Assembly: GCA_963663865.1 (NCBI GenBank)
Contig: OY760686.1
Location: forward strand, 2,336,001-2,400,000
Reading direction: 5' to 3'
DNA: 64,000 bases
Origin: Spirochaetota bacterium
Lineage (GTDB): Bacteria; Spirochaetota; UBA4802; UBA5550
Below, in pieces: positions 1-15,091 of the stretch. Each line of letters opens with the position of its first letter. The stretch's first letter is position 1. The notes beneath the pieces were generated by a model that was not told where the DNA came from, searched no databases, and worked only from the letters and a program-made list of their open reading frames with translations. The position numbers and the translations under genes were made by a program.

Positions 1-739
1 AACGGCACGGATTCATCAGGTACATGTAGACCGGAACCGCCTTTGAGAGCTTCTCAAGAAGCGCAACGTAAAACTCGGGCAGCACTGATATTCCGAAAAC
101 GCTGATGCGCTCAGGCAGCTCCTTTCCGGAATAGTCGGCAGCCAGAAGTTTTTCGATAAGCACCGCGCGGCTGGGAAACTCCGGATGCATGGAGATAACC
201 TCACGCCATAGCCTGCCCTGCCATAGCTCCAATTCACGGCTTTTATCATAGTTCGAGGATGAGCTGTCAGAGTAAAAGAAATCACCGCTTTCCCACGCGG
301 CGGTAAGTGCAGGCCTGTAGACAGCGTACTGATCGAACACGTCCGATATCTTTGCGGATAGCTGGTAAAGCTTAAGCTGCGAGCCGTCAACGTAGTCCCT
401 TATCCGCTCGAAGCCGGGCTCATTCATGAGCCCGCCATCGAGCGCCTTCATGATCGACCACAAAAAGACCTTCTTGCCGAAAGGGTTTCTGTCCGTCCTC
501 TCGGCGAAGACCGCCCCGGCGGCCATCGCCGAGAGTGAAGCCGGGGTTAAAAATTGAAAGCTGGCGAAGCTCCCATTAATCCGTGCAAGCTCAATGGAAA
601 GCCACCTCTCCATTCCCGGTGTCTGAACGAGCAGTGTCTCAATTGAGAAATGTGAAAGCGGCGGATTCTTTTTGATCGTCTCCGCGCATTTTGAGGCAAG
701 TACCTCAAGCTTGTTGCTTTCATATATTTTTAAAGCCAT
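1..739 (-). CDS. recC: Exodeoxyribonuclease V gamma subunit RecC, 5' part (runs off window start)
   Basis: Hand translation from ATG at 739: MALKIYESNKLEVLA...ETLLVQTPGMERWLSIELARING...DVFDQYAVYRP, matching RecC N-terminal motifs. Absent from the ORF track because it is truncated. Confidence 0.88.
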   Translation of the reverse strand, partial: MALKIYESNKLEVLASKCAETIKKNPPLSHFSIETLLVQTPGMERWLSIELARINGSFASFQFLTPASLSAMAAGAVFAERTDRNPFGKKVFLWSIMKALDGGLMNEPGFERIRDYVDGSQLKLYQLSAKISDVFDQYAVYRPALTAAWESGDFFYSDSSSSNYDKSRELELWQGRLWREVISMHPEFPSRAVLIEKLLAADYSGKELPERISVFGISVLPEFYVALLEKLSKAVPVYMYLMNPCR

Positions 740-1058
740 TTGTACCCCTGCAGAAATGAGCTGTTTTGTCAAAAAAAGCGCTTCAAACCATGTATTTTAT
801 CCTGACCTTCTTCCATGATTCACAGAAGTGACGTAAAAGATAGAGCTTTATCCTCCACCTTGAAAGAATAAGACTTCAGGAAGGCTAAGATACGGGGCAA
901 ATGGGCATTTTCAAGCACTTATTCTTTAATATCTTATTATGAACTCAGACGACATAGCGCCCGTTTGGAGAAAAAATACCATGCAAAATATGCACTTTTT
1001 TGTTGCTTTTTCATTGCGTCTAAAATAGAATCATACTATCAAATCAAAGGAGGCTCCC

Positions 1059-1316
1059 ATGAAAAGGGCACTTGTTGTCGTTCTAATGTTTGCGGCGGCA
1101 AACGTCTACTCGGCCAATCTGGTGAACAAGGATTCAAAGAGATACGACATCTCAATCCAGACAGTCGGTACAACTCACACGTTCATAAGCGGAAGCACCA
1201 CAATGTCAAGCGGAGCGCCTGACGGTGCAACCATCAAAGTTAAGGACACGGGCTCCACAATCAAGGTCAGCGGAAGCAGCGATGTCATTATCAAAGACGG
1301 TAAACTCTCTCAGTAA
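1059..1316 (+). CDS. Small secreted hypothetical protein (85 aa)
   Basis: AGGAGG RBS; signal peptide MKRALVVVLMFAAANVYSA; beta-rich mature part. Confidence 0.75.
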   Translation: MKRALVVVLMFAAANVYSANLVNKDSKRYDISIQTVGTTHTFISGSTTMSSGAPDGATIKVKDTGSTIKVSGSSDVIIKDGKLSQ

Positions 1317-1365
1317 ATCTTTTACTGTAATTGCCGCTCTTACACTCAGCAAGGCGGCAATTACA

Positions 1366-2175
1366 TCATGTGTATGCCGCATGCCTCCCGAGCTTCAAAA
1401 TCCTCACAGCACCCCTCAGCACCAGAGCAAATATAATGACTCCAACAATCAGATCCGGCACGGGCGACTCAAAGACCATTACGAGTATCCCCGCAAATAT
1501 GACCCCCGCGTTCGCTATAACGTCATTCGATGTGCAGATGACGCTTGCCTTAATATGTACACCTCCACTTGCGGATCTGTTTAAAAGCGCCAATGACAGC
1601 GCATTCGCGGCGAGAGCCAGCCCCGAAACAAGAAGCATCGTGAATGTATCAGGGACTGTTTCAGAACCGGCCGCCCTTCGAACAACCTCGCCAAAACCGG
1701 CTACAGCCAGAACGGCCTGCATCACTCCCACAAGTCTGGCGACTCTCATCCTGGCATGATGTGACGAGGCTACCACAATAAGGCTTAACATATAGACAAA
1801 AGCATCCGCAAGCATGTCGAGTGAGTCCGCTACTAAACCCATTGAATCTGCTAATATTCCGAAAAGCATCTCGATAATAAAAAACAAAAAATTAATCGAA
1901 AATACAGTGATCAGAATTCTGCGGTCAGCGGACTCATCCTCCGGAACAAAGCTCCCGTCAGAATCTTCTGTATTTATCAACCTTGATTCAAGCTGTAAAT
2001 CGTCGATGCTCTTTTCGACCGCGTCAACGCTTCCCGTGTGATATACATACAGTTCCCTTGATTCCAGAATGAATTTCAACTTTTTAACTTCAGGTAATTC
2101 CCCGAGTCTTAACCGGAGAAGCTCAACCTCTGATGAGCAATCCATTTTTGATATATAGAAACGACTTATGAACAT
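1366..2175 (-). CDS. Cation diffusion facilitator (CDF) metal transporter with N-terminal HMA-like domain
   Basis: N-terminal KMDCSSE; SMGLVADSLDMLADA CDF signature; several TM helices; GGAGG RBS. Confidence 0.85.
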   Translation of the reverse strand: MFISRFYISKMDCSSEVELLRLRLGELPEVKKLKFILESRELYVYHTGSVDAVEKSIDDLQLESRLINTEDSDGSFVPEDESADRRILITVFSINFLFFIIEMLFGILADSMGLVADSLDMLADAFVYMLSLIVVASSHHARMRVARLVGVMQAVLAVAGFGEVVRRAAGSETVPDTFTMLLVSGLALAANALSLALLNRSASGGVHIKASVICTSNDVIANAGVIFAGILVMVFESPVPDLIVGVIIFALVLRGAVRILKLGRHAAYT

Positions 2176-2286
2176 CTGAATTATACCTCCCAGTATATAT
2201 TCAATATGTAACTATATCGTGCCCTGTGTTTGAGATAGTCTGTTTAACACAATATCCTAAAAGAATCAATTCAGAAACATTTTAAT

Positions 2287-2318
2287 TGACATTACGCGTA
2301 GTTGGCATAGCGTAATAA
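2287..2318 (+). promoter_or_regulatory. Putative -35 box with overlapping inverted repeat upstream of the trxB-like gene
   Basis: TTGACA at 2287-2292; ATTACGC-N12-GCGTAAT at 2291-2316. Confidence 0.4.
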
Positions 2319-2340
2319 ACAACGACATGGAGGAAACGCA

Positions 2341-3234
2341 TTGGATAAAACAGAGGTACTCATTATTGGACAGGGCCCGGCTGGGCTTTCAGCGGCAATA
2401 TATACGGGAAGGGCCGGCATTAAAACAGAGATTCTGGGATGCAATCCCAAGGTGGCCGGCGATTATGACATAGATAACTACTTCGGCTTTCCTGAGACTG
2501 TTTCCGGGAAAGAGCTTCTCGATCTCGGCCTGAAACAGGCCCTCCGCTTCGGAGCTCATACAGAATGCGACCGGGTGGTTTCCATTCACTATGGTGAAAG
2601 CGGAGGCTTTACCGTAAAGACAGAGACAAAGAAAATTGAAACATGCAGCATTATTCTATCAACCGGCCTCTCTCGGAAAAAGGCGCCTATTCCGGGACTC
2701 GAAAAGTTCGAGGGTAAGGGCATTTCATACTGCGTAAGCTGCGACGGCTTCTTCTTCAAAAACAAAAAGGTAGTAGTGGCCGGTGAAGGCAATTACGCTG
2801 CCAACCAGGCGCTTGAACTCCACGAGTACACAAACGATGTCACTATCTGCACGCTCGGAAAAAAGACAGCGATATCTCAGGAGTTCATGGACAGGCTTGA
2901 CATCCATGGAATCAAGATTATTGAAGACAGTATTCTCAATCTTGAGGGGGATGATAACCTGTCCGGGATTGTTTACTCAGGCATCGGTGCGGCGCCGGCT
3001 GACGGCATCTTCATCGCCCTTGGAGAGGCGTCATCGCTTGACTTCGCGGCGAGCCTTGGACTCTTCACGAAGGACGGCTTCATAACCGTAGACCGCGACA
3101 TGAAGACAAACATACCCGGCATCTTCGCGGCAGGCGACTGCACCGGAGGCTTTCTGCAGATAAGTAAAGCCGTAGGCGAAGGCGCTGTTGCGGCCAAATC
3201 AGCGATAGATTTTATCAGAGAAACCTGCCGCTGA
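2341..3234 (+). CDS. trxB: Thioredoxin reductase family FAD/NAD(P)H oxidoreductase
   Basis: GQGPAGLSAA FAD motif, YCVSCDG redox CxxC, TNIPGIFAAGD; GGAGG RBS before TTG. Confidence 0.85.
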   Translation: MDKTEVLIIGQGPAGLSAAIYTGRAGIKTEILGCNPKVAGDYDIDNYFGFPETVSGKELLDLGLKQALRFGAHTECDRVVSIHYGESGGFTVKTETKKIETCSIILSTGLSRKKAPIPGLEKFEGKGISYCVSCDGFFFKNKKVVVAGEGNYAANQALELHEYTNDVTICTLGKKTAISQEFMDRLDIHGIKIIEDSILNLEGDDNLSGIVYSGIGAAPADGIFIALGEASSLDFAASLGLFTKDGFITVDRDMKTNIPGIFAAGDCTGGFLQISKAVGEGAVAAKSAIDFIRETCR

Positions 3235-3297
3235 GGGCTTGCCTTTTTCCCTCCCGGTTGTTATCTTCTCTAATCATGGCAGCAGGGGAGGGAAAAT

Positions 3298-3750
3298 ATG
3301 AAAGGGCAGAAGATCATCGACTACCTCAGAAGCCACAGAGTCAATTTCGAGGAGATCAATCACCCGGAAACCTACACGGCCCAGAAGACCGCGAAGCTAA
3401 TGCACATACCCGGCAGAGAGGTGGCAAAACCGGTCATGGTGAAGATTGACGGGAAGCTCGTTATGTTTGTTCTTTCTGCAAACGAACGCATAAGCGCTCA
3501 CAAGCTGAAGGAGCTATTCGGCGCTTCCGAAGTCAGCCTTGCCAGCGAAAGCGAATTTTGCGGTATCTTCAGAGACTGCGAATCAGGAGCGATGCCGCCC
3601 TTCGGCAACCTTTACGGCGTCGATGAGTATGTTTCTGAGACACTCTCGAAGGACAGCTCGATCGTTTTCAATGCCGGCACCCATTCCAAGCTTATCAGAA
3701 TGAACTTTGCCGACTTCCAGAAGCTTGTTTCGCCGAAGCTGGTTAATCTC

Positions 3751-3765
<15 letters not shown>
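3298..3765 (+). CDS. YbaK/EbsC family aminoacyl-tRNA deacylase-like protein
   Basis: VAKPVMV, GAMPPFG and FNAGTH motifs. Confidence 0.85.
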
Positions 3766-8359
<4,594 letters not shown>

Positions 8360-8476
8360 AGTTAACCCGAAAATAAAGTGAATACTCCATTAGTGTATTC
8401 TTCCCGCTCGTATTGAGGTCAAGTAATATTCCGCGTGGGAAATATCAGCTTTTTCGTAAAAGATTTTGTAATTCTG

Positions 8477-8505
8477 TTGACAGCTTTTAGTGATGTCACT
8501 ACTCT
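8477..8505 (+). promoter_or_regulatory. Sigma70-type promoter of the tRNA pair
   Basis: TTGACA-17 bp-TACTCT, 10 nt before the first tRNA. Confidence 0.7.
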
Positions 8506-8515
8506 GACCTTACAT

Positions 8516-8588
<73 letters not shown>

Positions 8589-8606
8589 ATTTGCCTCATC
8601 AGAAAT

Positions 8607-8680
8607 GGCGGAGTAGCTCAGTTGGTTAGAGCACACGGCTCATATCCGTGGCGTCGGGGGTTCGATTCCCTCCTCCGCTA
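8607..8680 (+). tRNA. tRNA-Met (CAT), elongator type
   Basis: GGCGGAG acceptor; TAGCTCAGTTGGTTAGAGC D-arm; CACGG-CTCATAT-CCGTG anticodon arm; GGTTCGATTCC T-arm; CCA not encoded. Confidence 0.92.
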
Positions 8681-8784
8681 ATTTTTTTGATACCTTCCTC
8701 TTTTTTTGTCAATTTTATCCACAAAAACACTCATTCCTTTTGAAGTTTCGCATTCTGTTAATCAATCAAAAGGAGTAGTAAGTT

Positions 8785-11091
8785 ATGAAGAGAAAATTCT
8801 CAGTATCTACTTTTCTGCTTTTAGCAGCAGTTCTGCTAAATTTAGGCTGCGGTGATGACAGCGGCCAGAGCAGTACAAAAACAAGATATGAAGCAGATCT
8901 TTCCTTAAACGCCCAAGAAGAGATAGCCCTCTTCAACGATCTGATTGACAGCTACAGAAACTGCACGGAGGAAGAGCTGTATCAGATGTACCCCGCCGCT
9001 GAATATGGGCAGAGTCCTTCGTACAGCGCCGATGATGTTCTCTACCTGACATCAAACAATGTCGGATCCGGAGTTGATGCTGAAACAGCCTTCGATATGA
9101 CTCCAGAGGTAAAATCTGCTGTTCTCAACAAAGGCTTTGCCGTGGACGGCTCTCAGCGTTTCAATAACCCGCTGTCAATCTACAGAAAGGTATTTAAAAA
9201 CGACCTCCCGGTCCTAATAACCACTGACTCCATCCTTCATGCGTGGCATAAATCCTATGACGACATGCTCAAGGAGATTGAAACCTATCTGCTGACAGAG
9301 ACTCTCGCAAACTATATCTCTGAAATCAGGTCGTCAATCCCGGAGAGCTTATCGAACAACACTGAAAAAGAGGTCTATCGTGACATAGACGTTCTCTTCT
9401 CGGTTACCTTCGCCCTTCTGGGAAAAACTGCGGAACCATACGCGGTAATGTCAGAAAATGAGGACTTTGTTAATGAATTAACAACAAAATGCCTCAAGGC
9501 TGAAGGGGCTGAAGATATTGAAATATTTGGAGAAAAAAGAAAACAGTTTGATTTCACTATGTTTAAACCAAGGGGACACTATACAGAAAGCGAAGTGCTT
9601 TCAAACTATTTCAGGGCCGTGACATGGCTCGGCCGGATGAACTTAATGGTCTTTGACTCGCCGAGGCAGTTTCGAATGGCACAGGTCCTTTCGACCATGC
9701 TTCCGGAGGAAAGCCGGAGGCTTCAGGGCATCAAAGAGATGGACAATCTTCTGGGAGCGCTTGTCGGACCCAACGACTCCATGACCCCCATGGAGATGCG
9801 TATTTTTTCAACTGATCACTCCATCGAATCAGCGCATAAGCTTGATGCTGAAGAGATTTCTTTTCTTCAGGGTTAACTCAAAAAAGAAGGCTATGGACAA
9901 CAGCTTATTATATCACAGTATCTTAATACCAACCCCTGGTCCTCTGAACCGCAGGAGTACCCTTTATCCTTCACTGTCCTCGGCCCGCGTTACACAGTTG
10001 ACTCAGAGGTCTTCTCAAACGTGGTCTATGACAGAATAATTGTCGACGGTGAAAAAATTAAGCGCGCTCTTCCGGCCGCGTTTGACGCCATGTTTGCTTT
10101 AGGGGACAATCTGGCCCTTGAGTTGCTTTCCGACGAGCTGGACAGATACAACTATTCCGGAAACCTCGCCAGCATGAGAAAGATAATTGAAACACACGAT
10201 GAAGCCTTCTGGGCAGGAAGCGTATATCACAGCGCTCTTAAAAATCTGGATAACACCAGGACTATTTCAGAAAGTGCGCCCGCTGTTTTCCAGCAGAAGC
10301 CCTGGGCAATGAAGATGCTCTCCACACGTCTCGGTTTCTGGTCACAGCTCAGGCACGACAACATGCTATATATAAAACAATCTTTTTCCGGTGGCTACGT
10401 ATGCGAATATCCGGATGGCTATGTCGAGCCGTATCCCGATTTTTACAGGGGCCTTGCTGAAATGTCGCAGAAACTGAAAACAGTTTTGGAGGGCTACCTG
10501 GCTGCTGTTGATCTTTCACATTCAGCTTCTTCATACGATTCTCCTGAAAGAGTTAAGACCCGGCTATTACAATATCTCTCCAATGTGTCTTCAGCATGCA
10601 ACACCCTTGAATCCATTTCACAGAAAGAACTCAAGGGAGAAACACTTGATTCAGACGAAACGGCTTTTATTAAAAACTGGTACAGGGAAGAATCGTTTAA
10701 CAACTGTGTTCCTTCTACATCGTATTCGGGTGAATACTTCAAAATGTATTACAGCACCTATACTGGAGAAGTTTGGATGAATTCTAATCAAGATCCATTT
10801 TTCTTTAACTTCGAACCTGAAATAGCTGACGTACACACTTGTCCTGAAAGCCCTTCCTTCCCTTTTAAGGTCCTTAGTGTAGCAACCGGAGGGGCTCTCC
10901 CCATATTCGCAGCTGTTGAAAACCCTCTGGGCGATGTTGTCCTGTACACCGGGGCTGTCTACGATTACTACGAGTTTTCTGACGGCAAGCGCTACAGCGA
11001 CGAGGAATGGGAAAGCCTTTTTGAATCGGGAACAGTCCCGGACAAGCCTTCGTGGATGAATGACTCAGAGGGAGGTTACATCACCTACTGA
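8785..11091 (+). pseudogene. DUF3160-like lipoprotein interrupted by one in-frame TAA at 9874-9876
   Basis: ORFs 8785-9876 and 10021-11091 are in the same frame. The intervening codons read LKKEGYGQQLIISQYLNTNPW... and align with the intact paralogue. Lipobox LGC; motifs ITTDSILH, FKPRGHYT, WSQLRHD, GYVEPYP, IADVHT. Confidence 0.85.
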
Positions 11092-11143
11092 GTTTAACGA
11101 TATATCTTCCGGCATTGCCGTCCCGAAAGGGGCGGCATTTTTT
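10885..11143 (+). repeat. 259-bp exact direct repeat, copy 1 (3' end of DUF3160 gene plus terminator)
   Basis: Identical to 13403-13661 by manual comparison. Confidence 0.95.
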
Positions 11144-11145
11144 TT
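11116..11145 (+). terminator. Intrinsic terminator
   Basis: TGCCGTCCC-GAAA-GGGGCGGCA followed by T8. Confidence 0.9.
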
Positions 11146-11242
11146 CAAAACATCAAATTTCTTTGTCATTTTCACCCACGAAACAACACATAGTTGTAAA
11201 GAAGTACACTTTCCATACCTATAAATCAGAGAGGAGAAACAG

Positions 11243-13609
11243 ATGAAAACTGTAAAATTTTCTTTCCTTTTGGTTTTATTTCCAATACTATTTCTAAACG
11301 GCTGCAACAACTCTGACAAAACGGTTACCAATCCGGATCCTATGGTAAATGATACCGCGGGACAGAATGATGAAGCAGCATATAAAGATGACGAATCTGC
11401 CTATTCTGCCATGAACTCATCCTTCACTGTTACCAAAGATCAGCTCTCCGAAAACGCACAGAATGAAATCACAGGGTTTAGTGATTTTATTGACTCCTAC
11501 AGAAACCTCACAAAATCAGAGATTGACGAGATGTACCCTGTTCCAGGCTATTCCGAAGCACCGTCATACAACGAGGACGATATTTTATACTTAACATCCA
11601 ACAGTACAGCCAGCGGTGTTGACGCTGAAACAGCATTCGATATGACACCTGAAGTGAAATCAGCAATTCTGAGCAGGGGGTTTGCAGTAGATGGGGGGCA
11701 AATACATAACAACCCGCTTTCCATTTACAAGAAGGTATTCCAGAATGACCTGCCGGTTCTTGTGACCACAGATGCGGTCCTTCATGCATGGCACAAATCA
11801 TACGCCGATATGCTCGAAGATATTGACAATGGTCTTTCATACAAACTTGAAGATGGATTGAATGAATTACGTTCAGCAATACCGGATGAATTTTCCAGCG
11901 ATGAAGAATACCTTGCCTATCTCGACATTGACCTTCTTATTTCTACTGCATCAGCACTTCTTAATCCGAGCTCTGGCACCTATGCAGTTTTAAGTGAAAA
12001 TATTAATAAAATTGATTCCTTTATCAGCAAATGTACAAACGCAGAAGATACTGACGATGTTTATGCTTTCGGCCAGATTCGTAAAAATTTTGATTTCACA
12101 AACTTTAAACCAAGAGGATATTACACAAACTCAGAAAGGCTCTCAAACTACTTCAGGGCATTCACCTGGCTAAGCTCCATGGACATCAGGGTTTACGACT
12201 CTGTCAGGCAGTTCAGGATGGCACAGACACTTTCCAAAATGCTTTCTGCAAATGAAACAGCATATTCTAACATTCATGCAATTAACACTGTGTTGAACAG
12301 CCTTGTCGGCCCTGTAGATGCAATGACTCCATTTGAAATGATCACATTCTCCGAAGAGCACTCAATATCATCATCTATCGATATGTCAGATGATGATATA
12401 CTGGCACTTCAGAAAACACTTCTTACTGAAGGCTACGGCCAGCAGCAGATTATCTCTCAATACCTTGAGACAAATCCATTCAGTGACAAAACTGAAGAGT
12501 ACCCCATGAGCTTTGTTTTTCTTGGAAAGAGATACACTGTAGACTCCGAAGTCTTTTCAAATGTTGTCTATGACAGAATAATATATAACGATAAAAAGGT
12601 TGCCAGGATGCTGCCGTCTTCGTTTGACGCTATGTTCGCCCTTGGTGATAATCTTTCACTTGAGCTTCTCTCAGAAGAACTTGATACCTTTAACTATGCA
12701 GGCAACCTTGCAGCGATGAGAAAAATCATTGAGACAAAGGATGATGACTTCTGGTCAGAAAGCCAATATCACGCAACATTAAAAAATCTGGAAAAATTAA
12801 GATCAACCTCCGAAAGTGCCCCTCAGGTTTTCAGACAGAAGACATGGGCTAAGAAAATGCTGGCCGCACAGCTCGGATACTGGTCTCAACTTCGACATGA
12901 TAACATACTATATGTCAAACAATCCTCTTCAGGTGGGTATTTATGCGAGTACCCTGACGGTTATGTTGAACCATATCCTGAATTTTACACAGGAATGGCC
13001 AATTTGTGCAGTCTATTAAAAGATATTTTTGATGAGAATGAAATATCGGATCTCAATACTTCTTTCCTGGATAATTTCAGTTCATTATGCCTGACCCTTG
13101 CCTCAATATCTGAAAAAGAATTAGCCGGAGAAACATTATCGGAAACTGAAACATCATTTCTGCAAAGCTGGTTCAAAGAGGAACCTATTTCAAATTGTGT
13201 TCCCACAACCCGCTACACTGGGAAATATTTCCAAATGTATTATTCAATTCAGAAATACATGTATAGCTACAGTGCAGGAAATGATTATTATTATGATTAC
13301 ATGGGAGAAAACCCGCCATTTTTCGACCTCGAACCGGAAATAGCAGACGTTCATACATGTCCTGAAAGCAATCTGAGTCCTCTGGAAATACTCAGCGTTG
13401 CTACCGGAGGGGCTCTCCCCATATTCGCAGCTGTTGAAAACCCTCTGGGCGATGTTGTCCTGTACACCGGGGCTGTCTACGATTACTACGAGTTTTCTGA
13501 CGGCAAGCGCTACAGCGACGAGGAATGGGAAAGCCTTTTTGAATCGGGAACAGTCCCGGACAAGCCTTCGTGGATGAATGACTCAGAGGGAGGTTACATC
13601 ACCTACTGA
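11243..13609 (+). CDS. DUF3160-like lipoprotein (intact paralogue, 788 aa)
   Basis: Lipobox LNGC; VTTDAVLH, FKPRGYYT, WSQLRHD, GYVEPYP, IADVHT motifs; GAGGAG RBS. Confidence 0.85.
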   Translation: MKTVKFSFLLVLFPILFLNGCNNSDKTVTNPDPMVNDTAGQNDEAAYKDDESAYSAMNSSFTVTKDQLSENAQNEITGFSDFIDSYRNLTKSEIDEMYPVPGYSEAPSYNEDDILYLTSNSTASGVDAETAFDMTPEVKSAILSRGFAVDGGQIHNNPLSIYKKVFQNDLPVLVTTDAVLHAWHKSYADMLEDIDNGLSYKLEDGLNELRSAIPDEFSSDEEYLAYLDIDLLISTASALLNPSSGTYAVLSENINKIDSFISKCTNAEDTDDVYAFGQIRKNFDFTNFKPRGYYTNSERLSNYFRAFTWLSSMDIRVYDSVRQFRMAQTLSKMLSANETAYSNIHAINTVLNSLVGPVDAMTPFEMITFSEEHSISSSIDMSDDDILALQKTLLTEGYGQQQIISQYLETNPFSDKTEEYPMSFVFLGKRYTVDSEVFSNVVYDRIIYNDKKVARMLPSSFDAMFALGDNLSLELLSEELDTFNYAGNLAAMRKIIETKDDDFWSESQYHATLKNLEKLRSTSESAPQVFRQKTWAKKMLAAQLGYWSQLRHDNILYVKQSSSGGYLCEYPDGYVEPYPEFYTGMANLCSLLKDIFDENEISDLNTSFLDNFSSLCLTLASISEKELAGETLSETETSFLQSWFKEEPISNCVPTTRYTGKYFQMYYSIQKYMYSYSAGNDYYYDYMGENPPFFDLEPEIADVHTCPESNLSPLEILSVATGGALPIFAAVENPLGDVVLYTGAVYDYYEFSDGKRYSDEEWESLFESGTVPDKPSWMNDSEGGYITY

Positions 13610-13661
13610 GTTTAACGATATATCTTCCGGCATTGCCGTCCCGAAAGGGGCGGCATTTTTT
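13403..13661 (+). repeat. 259-bp exact direct repeat, copy 2
   Basis: Identical to 10885-11143. Confidence 0.95.
13634..13661 (+). terminator. Intrinsic terminator, abutting the stop of the convergent gene
   Basis: Same hairpin as at 11116, followed by T6. Confidence 0.85.
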
Positions 13662-14097
13662 ATTCGTAGTATTTCTCGCGGTCAGAGTAGACGGTGAATT
13701 CCAGTTCCGCTATGATTTTCCCATCACGCTTTATGTCAAGAAGGGCAAGCCTGTAGTCTCCCTCAAGCAGGTCGGAAATAACACCGTGCAGTGCCTTCTT
13801 TTCAACTCCGACATTGTCATTTCTAAACAGTACATCTATCCAGCCGACTTCCTGTTTCTGGATCAGAATGCCTATTTCACGCTCTCTCTGGGGCTTCCTG
13901 AATACGTATGTCCAATTGACTGATTCAGACTCATCTACATAGAGCCTGCCTTTAATGCGCCTGAACGAGTCATCCTGCAGGCGTTTTACCGCGAAATCGC
14001 CCGAGTCGCTGCCGCAGGACGCAAGCCCCGCAAGAAGCGCAAGCGTAAACAACCAGCTGAATACGACTTTAAGATTACAGCGCATATTTCCTGTCAC
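13660..14097 (-). CDS. Hypothetical lipoprotein
   Basis: LAGLASC lipobox; 4-nt overlap with the upstream gene. Confidence 0.7.
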   Translation of the reverse strand: MTGNMRCNLKVVFSWLFTLALLAGLASCGSDSGDFAVKRLQDDSFRRIKGRLYVDESESVNWTYVFRKPQREREIGILIQKQEVGWIDVLFRNDNVGVEKKALHGVISDLLEGDYRLALLDIKRDGKIIAELEFTVYSDREKYYE

Positions 14098-14303
14098 TCA
14101 ACTTTATACTGATCTTTATCAAGCTCAATTGTCTTACCTTTAGCCTCTTCTCTACGGCTGCCTTCCCTGTTTCTGTCCGTCCGGCCTGTTCCTCTCCCTG
14201 GCATGTTCCTTCTGACCGCTATCACAAGTCTGAGCATAGTTATGATAAAGACGATCAGAACAAAAAGAAAGATAAACTTTAAAAGTCCGATAATAAACAT
14301 CAA
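14094..14303 (-). CDS. Small membrane-anchored hypothetical protein
   Basis: N-terminal hydrophobic helix and charged tail; coupled to pdxJ. Confidence 0.7.
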   Translation of the reverse strand: MMFIIGLLKFIFLFVLIVFIITMLRLVIAVRRNMPGRGTGRTDRNREGSRREEAKGKTIELDKDQYKVE

Positions 14304-15046
14304 ATCTCCCTCTGGTTTTGCTCGCAGCTTCTAATTATCGCGAGCATTGATTCTACAGCCTCTCTGAGTCCAGTGAAAACTGCCCTTGAGATTATGGAAT
14401 GGCCTATATTGAGGTCATTCAGGCCCTTTGCTTTCAGCAGCGGCCCAAGGTTGTCATAGTTCAGTCCATGTCCAGCGTTAAGCCCGATCCCTATGTCCGA
14501 GGCATACTCAGCGGCACGCATAAGCCGCCCCGTCTCATGGACGACTTCGTCCCTTGACATGGCATTCGAATAAGTGCCGGTATGAAGCTCCACGTAATCC
14601 GCACCGGCCTCAAGCGACAGTTCAACTATTCGAATATCAGGCTCAACAAAGAGCGACACGACAGTACCTGACTCTCGAAACTCTGTGCAAACGTCTTTAA
14701 TCCGATCAAAGCGGCTTTTCACATCAAGGCCGCCCTCAGTGGTAAGCTCCTGCCTCTTTTCAGGGACCAGTGTTATCTGGTCAGGCCTTACTTTCCTCGC
14801 CACGCTTATAATATCGTCGGAGAGGGCCATCTCAAGATTAAACACCCCTTTTACTGTCTCCTTGAGGCGAAACACATCTGCGTCCTGGATGTGGCGCCTG
14901 TCCTCTCGCAGGTGCACCGTTATTCCATGGGCTCCGGCCTGCTCGCATATCTCAGCTCCCCTGATGACATCCGGCTCAGCCCCCCCCCTGGCCTGCCTCA
15001 GTGTAGCAATATGGTCAATATTTACACATAACTTTATTAGATTCAT
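14300..15046 (-). CDS. pdxJ: Pyridoxine 5'-phosphate synthase
   Basis: VNIDHIATLRQAR, HLREDRRHI, TTEGGLD, NAGHGL motifs. Confidence 0.97.
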   Translation of the reverse strand: MNLIKLCVNIDHIATLRQARGGAEPDVIRGAEICEQAGAHGITVHLREDRRHIQDADVFRLKETVKGVFNLEMALSDDIISVARKVRPDQITLVPEKRQELTTEGGLDVKSRFDRIKDVCTEFRESGTVVSLFVEPDIRIVELSLEAGADYVELHTGTYSNAMSRDEVVHETGRLMRAAEYASDIGIGLNAGHGLNYDNLGPLLKAKGLNDLNIGHSIISRAVFTGLREAVESMLAIIRSCEQNQREI

Positions 15047-15091
15047 TGTTCCCTCCGGGGATCACCCGTCAATTCTGACTGAGATAACCGA

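Noticed and set aside
8660-13700. tRNA-anchored integrative element
   Set aside because: No integrase, and I did not find a duplicated tRNA 3' end in the window.
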